Shown here piece by piece: positions 59,826-64,000 of a stretch of 64,000 nucleotides of DNA. The DNA is from Spirochaetaceae bacterium (GTDB taxonomy: Bacteria; Spirochaetota; Spirochaetia; Treponematales; Treponemataceae): positions 4,077 to 68,076 of the forward strand of contig JAFTEH010000044.1 in NCBI GenBank assembly GCA_017453745.1, read 5' to 3'. The translations under genes were made by a program, and so were the position numbers. The notes beneath the pieces were generated by a model. That model searched no databases. It worked only from the letters and a program-made list of their open reading frames with translations, and was not told where the DNA came from. Positions within the stretch are counted from its first letter, which is position 1. Each line of letters opens with the position of its first letter.

Positions 59826-60791
59826 TCAAGTCTCAATACAATGACAAGCACAAAAATGACCAGGCGAAACTTCGCGATAGTGCGGTTTTTCTTCCTTACA
59901 TTTACCAATGCACTTTGGGCAGTTAATATGAAACGGACACCCAGATGGCAAATTAATAGGAGAAGGAATTTCACCGGTAAAACGGGTCCTATCCTTACGC
60001 AAGGTTGGGTCAGGTTCAGGAATTGCTTGAATCAAGGCTTGTGTGTATGGATGGAGTGGATTAGAGTAAATATCCTGTGAATTTGCCAACTCCATAATAG
60101 TACCTAAGTACATAACAGCTACCCTATCGGACATGTGACGCACAACATTCAAGCCATGCGAAATAAACAACAAGGTTAAATTTCGCTCTTTTTGCATATC
60201 AAGCAAGAGATTTAAAACTTGCGACTGCACCGAAACATCCAAAGCACTAACAGGTTCATCGCAAACCACAATCTCTGGGTCAAGTGCCAAAGCACGAGCA
60301 ATAGCGATACGCTGACGCTGTCCACCAGAAAATTCATGCGGATACCTATAATAAGAATCTTCAGGTAAGCCAACATCCTTTAACAAAGAAATAACTTTAT
60401 CATATCTTTCACTGGCAGTCATCTTGGTTTGAATAATGAGGGGTTCTTCAATAACATACCCTACATTCATACGAGAATTCAAGGAATCTGCAGGGTCCTG
60501 AAAAATCATTTGAACATTTCGGCGCACTTCCTTTAATTTTTTTTCAGGCAACTGTGAAATTTCTTGCCCATGATAATATATTTCACCACTTGTCGGTTTA
60601 TATAAACGCATCATTGCACGACACAAGGTACTTTTACCACAACCTGTTTCACCAACCAAACCAACTGTTTCTCCCCTATAGACCGCGAGAGAAACACCAT
60701 TTAATGCATGAACAACTGCTTTTGAATAACGCCCTTGCTTAAACTCTTGGACAAGGTTTACAGCTTCAAAAATAGGTAGGTTATCGCTCAT
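59826..60791 (-). CDS. oppF: Oligopeptide ABC transporter ATP-binding protein
   Basis: Motifs GETGCGKS, YPHEFSGGQRQR, DEPVSALD and CPFH..C. Confidence 0.92.
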   Translation of the reverse strand: MSDNLPIFEAVNLVQEFKQGRYSKAVVHALNGVSLAVYRGETVGLVGETGCGKSTLCRAMMRLYKPTSGEIYYHGQEISQLPEKKLKEVRRNVQMIFQDPADSLNSRMNVGYVIEEPLIIQTKMTASERYDKVISLLKDVGLPEDSYYRYPHEFSGGQRQRIAIARALALDPEIVVCDEPVSALDVSVQSQVLNLLLDMQKERNLTLLFISHGLNVVRHMSDRVAVMYLGTIMELANSQDIYSNPLHPYTQALIQAIPEPDPTLRKDRTRFTGEIPSPINLPSGCPFHINCPKCIGKCKEEKPHYREVSPGHFCACHCIET

Positions 60792-61785
60792 TTTGTATCT
60801 CCTTGTATCTAAAGCATCGTATTACATGGTTTTCACCTATTTCTTCCAGTATAGGTGTGTGTGTTTTGCAATAGTCAGTTGCATAGGGGCAACGGTCCGC
60901 AAAACGACAAGTTGCAGGATATAGTCTCGGCGATGGAACAACACCTTCAATATATGGGAGATGGGTTTTCGGTTCACTATCCAATTTTGGCATACTTGCT
61001 ATCAAACCTTTCGTGTATGGATGGCTCGGATTTTTAAATATTGTTGTGACATCAGCAGTTTCGACAATTTGCCCTGCATACATAACAGCAACATCATCGC
61101 TCACTTCAGCAACAACTCCCATATCGTGGGTAATATACAAAACAGCCATATTATTTTTCACTTGCAACTGCTTAATAAGTGCCAGAATCTGCGCTTGCAC
61201 CGTAACATCAAGGGCTGTAGTAGGTTCATCAGCAATTAAAAGTTCAGGATGACCTGCTAATGCCATAGCTATCATAACGCGTTGACGCATACCACCCGAA
61301 AGTTGAAACGGATAGTTTTTTAGACGCTCCGTTGCAGAAGGCATCTTGACATCCTCTAAGACAGACAAAATATTGTTAATTCGTTCTTCTTTCGAAATTT
61401 CAGGACGATGCAGTTCAAAAACCTCACCAATTTGCTTTTCAACAATGTGCACAGGGTTCAAAGCCGTCATAGGCTCTTGAAAAATCATAGCAATTTGTGA
61501 ACCTCTAATTTTGTAAAGTTCATCAACAGGCATGTCAAGAATACTCTCGCCATTAAACATAATCTGTCCACTCGTTATAACACCATATGGTTGCGGCAAA
61601 AGTCTCATAATTGAAGATGCTGTAACGCTTTTCCCAGAACCAGACTCTCCAACTAAGGACAAAGTCTTACCTCTTTTGATTCTTATCGATACCTTATCAA
61701 CAACTTCCATCAACTCCTTTCCATCATTTCCCATTTTAAAGGCAACAGAAAGGTCTTTTACACTTAGGAGTTCATCAGCACTCAT
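60781..61785 (-). CDS. oppD: Oligopeptide ABC transporter ATP-binding protein
   Basis: Motifs GESGSGKS, QEPMTALNP, LSGGMRQR and DEPTTALD. Confidence 0.92.
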   Translation of the reverse strand: MSADELLSVKDLSVAFKMGNDGKELMEVVDKVSIRIKRGKTLSLVGESGSGKSVTASSIMRLLPQPYGVITSGQIMFNGESILDMPVDELYKIRGSQIAMIFQEPMTALNPVHIVEKQIGEVFELHRPEISKEERINNILSVLEDVKMPSATERLKNYPFQLSGGMRQRVMIAMALAGHPELLIADEPTTALDVTVQAQILALIKQLQVKNNMAVLYITHDMGVVAEVSDDVAVMYAGQIVETADVTTIFKNPSHPYTKGLIASMPKLDSEPKTHLPYIEGVVPSPRLYPATCRFADRCPYATDYCKTHTPILEEIGENHVIRCFRYKEIQNER

Positions 61786-61940
61786 ACATCTCTCCAAAAA
61801 CTAAATTCCCTAATAAACTAAAACAAGAAACTTCAAAGCTACATAGTAGAATATTTTTTGCGTAACCCACACTCTGAAGTTTATGCTAGTGGGCTTTCTA
61901 TAAACTTATAGAAAAAACTTTATAGAAAAACCACTATGTC

Positions 61941-62037
61941 AGAAACAGAGACACTAGTTAGCATTGAACCCAATATATCGAGTTCAACACCAACTAGGCC
62001 AGAGCGAAAAACAGAATTCGTTCTTGTCTCTATTTCT
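61941..62037 (-). other. Long interrupted hairpin 3' of oppA
   Basis: Nested pairs AGAAACAGAGACA/TGTCTCTATTTCT, CTAGTT/AACTAG and TTGAAC/GTTCAA. Confidence 0.6.
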
Positions 62038-62044
62038 TTATCAC

Positions 62045-64000
62045 TTAGTTCTGCTTGTATCGTTCTGTTAAGCGATAGTAGCGTGGAGTAAAGGTTTCAC
62101 CCTTACTCATAGCATCCAGCACTTCCGTACGAATATCTTCATCAACCCACATATAGCTCCAGAACGGGTCATTAAAGTAATAAGCTTCCTTATCTTCCGC
62201 ACCCCATGCAGGGAAACGAACCCACTTCCATGCCGCTACAAAGGTATATCCAACATAATATAGTGGAATAACAGGAGCTTCTTCATGAACAAGGCGTTCA
62301 ATCTGCTTGTTAATTTCTGCCTGCTCCTGTAGTGTTCCAGCAGCTTCAAATGCTTCAATAAGTTTATCCATTTCAGGATTATCAAAGTCAGTAACATTGT
62401 TAGATTCTGCTACATTTCTACTATGGTTGTCCGAATGCCACATCTGCCATGGTGAAGGGATTACACCAGTAGAGAATCCTGAAAATTGTGCCTGATACTG
62501 TTTTTTTCTCATTAACTGGAATGCTCCACTTTCCATAAGGCGTAGGTTAATTTCAACCCCTGCTTTTTTAGCTTGTTCAACCAAAATCGTCAAGCGGTCT
62601 GTATGGTTTCTACTAGCATACATCAGTTCAAACGAAACTCTCGCACCTGAAGCATTACGCAAAATACCATCTGAACCTAAAGTCGTATAACCTGCTTCAG
62701 CAAGCAATTCCTTTGCTTTATCAGGATTAAAGTCAGGTTTGCGAATCGTATTGTCATTGAAGTTTACACCTGCAAATTCCTGCCCGAGACCAATATTATG
62801 ATACCGAGAATATTCACCATACAATGCTTGGTCAATCATACCCTGTACATCAATAGCATAATACATTGCTTGGCGCACTCGTTTGTCAGAAAACAGTGGG
62901 TCTCCCAAATTAAAGAAGATATGAGAAGATAGCCCCTCAAGTGGGATAATATTCAAATAGTAACGATCAATATATCCTTTTTGCACAGGTTCTTTTGTTT
63001 CACTTCTCCTGATTGTATCAGGAATCGCGACAGTAAAGGTATCAAGTTGCTGATCATAGAAATAGTTTTCAATCATATCAGCGCCACCAGTAATAACACG
63101 ATATTCAATCCTTTCAATATTACACAGGCCCTCATACTGTGGATACTCTCGTGCCCACCAATTTTCTACACGCTTAAATGCAACTATTTCACCCTGTACG
63201 GTATTTTCTTCATCAAAAACATAGGGACCAGTAGTAGGTTCAGCTTTCCAGTTATATTCTTCGTACCAGTTTTCTTTTAAAGGACCACCGTAAAAATGTT
63301 CAGGACGAGCAGGCCAAGCACAAGAATCAAGAAGGGCTTCAGCAGACACCTGATAGTTTGGATCGGTAATACGAACATAGATAAGGTAATCACCGAGTAC
63401 TTCAAGCTTAAATTGCGAATAATAGTTATTATACCATGGGTCATTCAAGTTAGGATTAATCATCTGTTCCCAATAGTACAAATAGTCGCTCGCTTTACAG
63501 GGAACGCCATCCGACCAACGAACATTTTCATTTAACTTAAAATAAACACCACGCATGTCAGCATCGTATGCCCAATGTGTAGCGGCGTATGGTAAAAAAG
63601 TCTGTGTTTCTCGTACATATGATACACAGCCTGCATGTTGCCAAAATGCCCCTCTCATAGATCCATTAGCTTCAGGTCCCACATATCGATATGTAACAGG
63701 GAATTCACTCGTATTGCGACGAATAACACCACCAACTTTTGCATCCTTTGAGCCTAGATTTTTACCTTCGGCTGTAATCCAAGTTACCTGCTCTGGCATT
63801 CCAGGCACAACCATATCCTTAACTTCAATGTAAGGATACCTAAAATCAGGAGGTGGAAGTCTCATTTCCTCTTGCATAACGGCTTCCGCTTTAGCTACGG
63901 CACCAGTGCCACTGCCCGTGTTAGCTCCGTTATTACAGGAGAAGACAAAAACCACACCTAAAATAAGAAGCAAAGCACTTCTATTTTTTAATTTGTTTTT
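62045..64000 (-). CDS. oppA: Oligopeptide ABC substrate-binding lipoprotein; the start probably lies just beyond the window edge
   Basis: Lipobox VFSC; motifs ATHWAY, RWSDG and TTGPY. The frame is open up to 64000. Confidence 0.92.
   Translation of the reverse strand, partial: KNKLKNRSALLLILGVVFVFSCNNGANTGSGTGAVAKAEAVMQEEMRLPPPDFRYPYIEVKDMVVPGMPEQVTWITAEGKNLGSKDAKVGGVIRRNTSEFPVTYRYVGPEANGSMRGAFWQHAGCVSYVRETQTFLPYAATHWAYDADMRGVYFKLNENVRWSDGVPCKASDYLYYWEQMINPNLNDPWYNNYYSQFKLEVLGDYLIYVRITDPNYQVSAEALLDSCAWPARPEHFYGGPLKENWYEEYNWKAEPTTGPYVFDEENTVQGEIVAFKRVENWWAREYPQYEGLCNIERIEYRVITGGADMIENYFYDQQLDTFTVAIPDTIRRSETKEPVQKGYIDRYYLNIIPLEGLSSHIFFNLGDPLFSDKRVRQAMYYAIDVQGMIDQALYGEYSRYHNIGLGQEFAGVNFNDNTIRKPDFNPDKAKELLAEAGYTTLGSDGILRNASGARVSFELMYASRNHTDRLTILVEQAKKAGVEINLRLMESGAFQLMRKKQYQAQFSGFSTGVIPSPWQMWHSDNHSRNVAESNNVTDFDNPEMDKLIEAFEAAGTLQEQAEINKQIERLVHEEAPVIPLYYVGYTFVAAWKWVRFPAWGAEDKEAYYFNDPFWSYMWVDEDIRTEVLDAMSKGETFTPRYYRLTERYKQN

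Noticed and set aside
726-63833. Numerous short antisense or overlapping ORFs in the track (e.g. 983..1339, 3328..3762, 9578..9922, 26476..26997, 55819..56253)
   Set aside because: They are shadows of longer genes with clear family motifs.

Overview
AT-rich bacterial chromosome segment, most likely from a Treponema (spirochaete). This is inferred from the gene complement: a stand-alone FliG paralog, spirochaete-type TPR, CpXC and J-domain proteins, class II PurE, OppA lipoproteins and an FGE-domain lipoprotein. About 55 CDSs, mostly housekeeping: rnhB, glgP, ygfA, apt, kbl, rseP, malic enzyme, iscU, tatD, mltD, cobS, cobO, msrAB, der, dinB, neuB-like, purE, tex, coaD, fliG, oppADF. I found no transposase, integrase, reverse transcriptase, CRISPR array, tRNA or rRNA. 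Points the ORF track misses: (1) selD is a selenoprotein gene, with an in-frame UGA in a CGGU motif and a SECIS-like hairpin 11 nt downstream, heading a selD-yedF-DUF3343 cluster; (2) a lipoprotein with InlB-B-type repeats and an FGE/CLec domain, the fold class of Treponema DGR targets, runs off the left edge; (3) a surface-protein gene of about 784 codons is split by one in-frame TAA; (4) a modular palindromic repeat family occurs in tandem and inverted copies, plus other REP/MITE-like elements; (5) there are several structured intergenic RNA candidates, including a 6S-like hairpin upstream of ygfA; (6) several promoters point to leaderless mRNAs. No complete novel multi-gene system can be shown from this window alone. 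All alignments and folds were done by eye.
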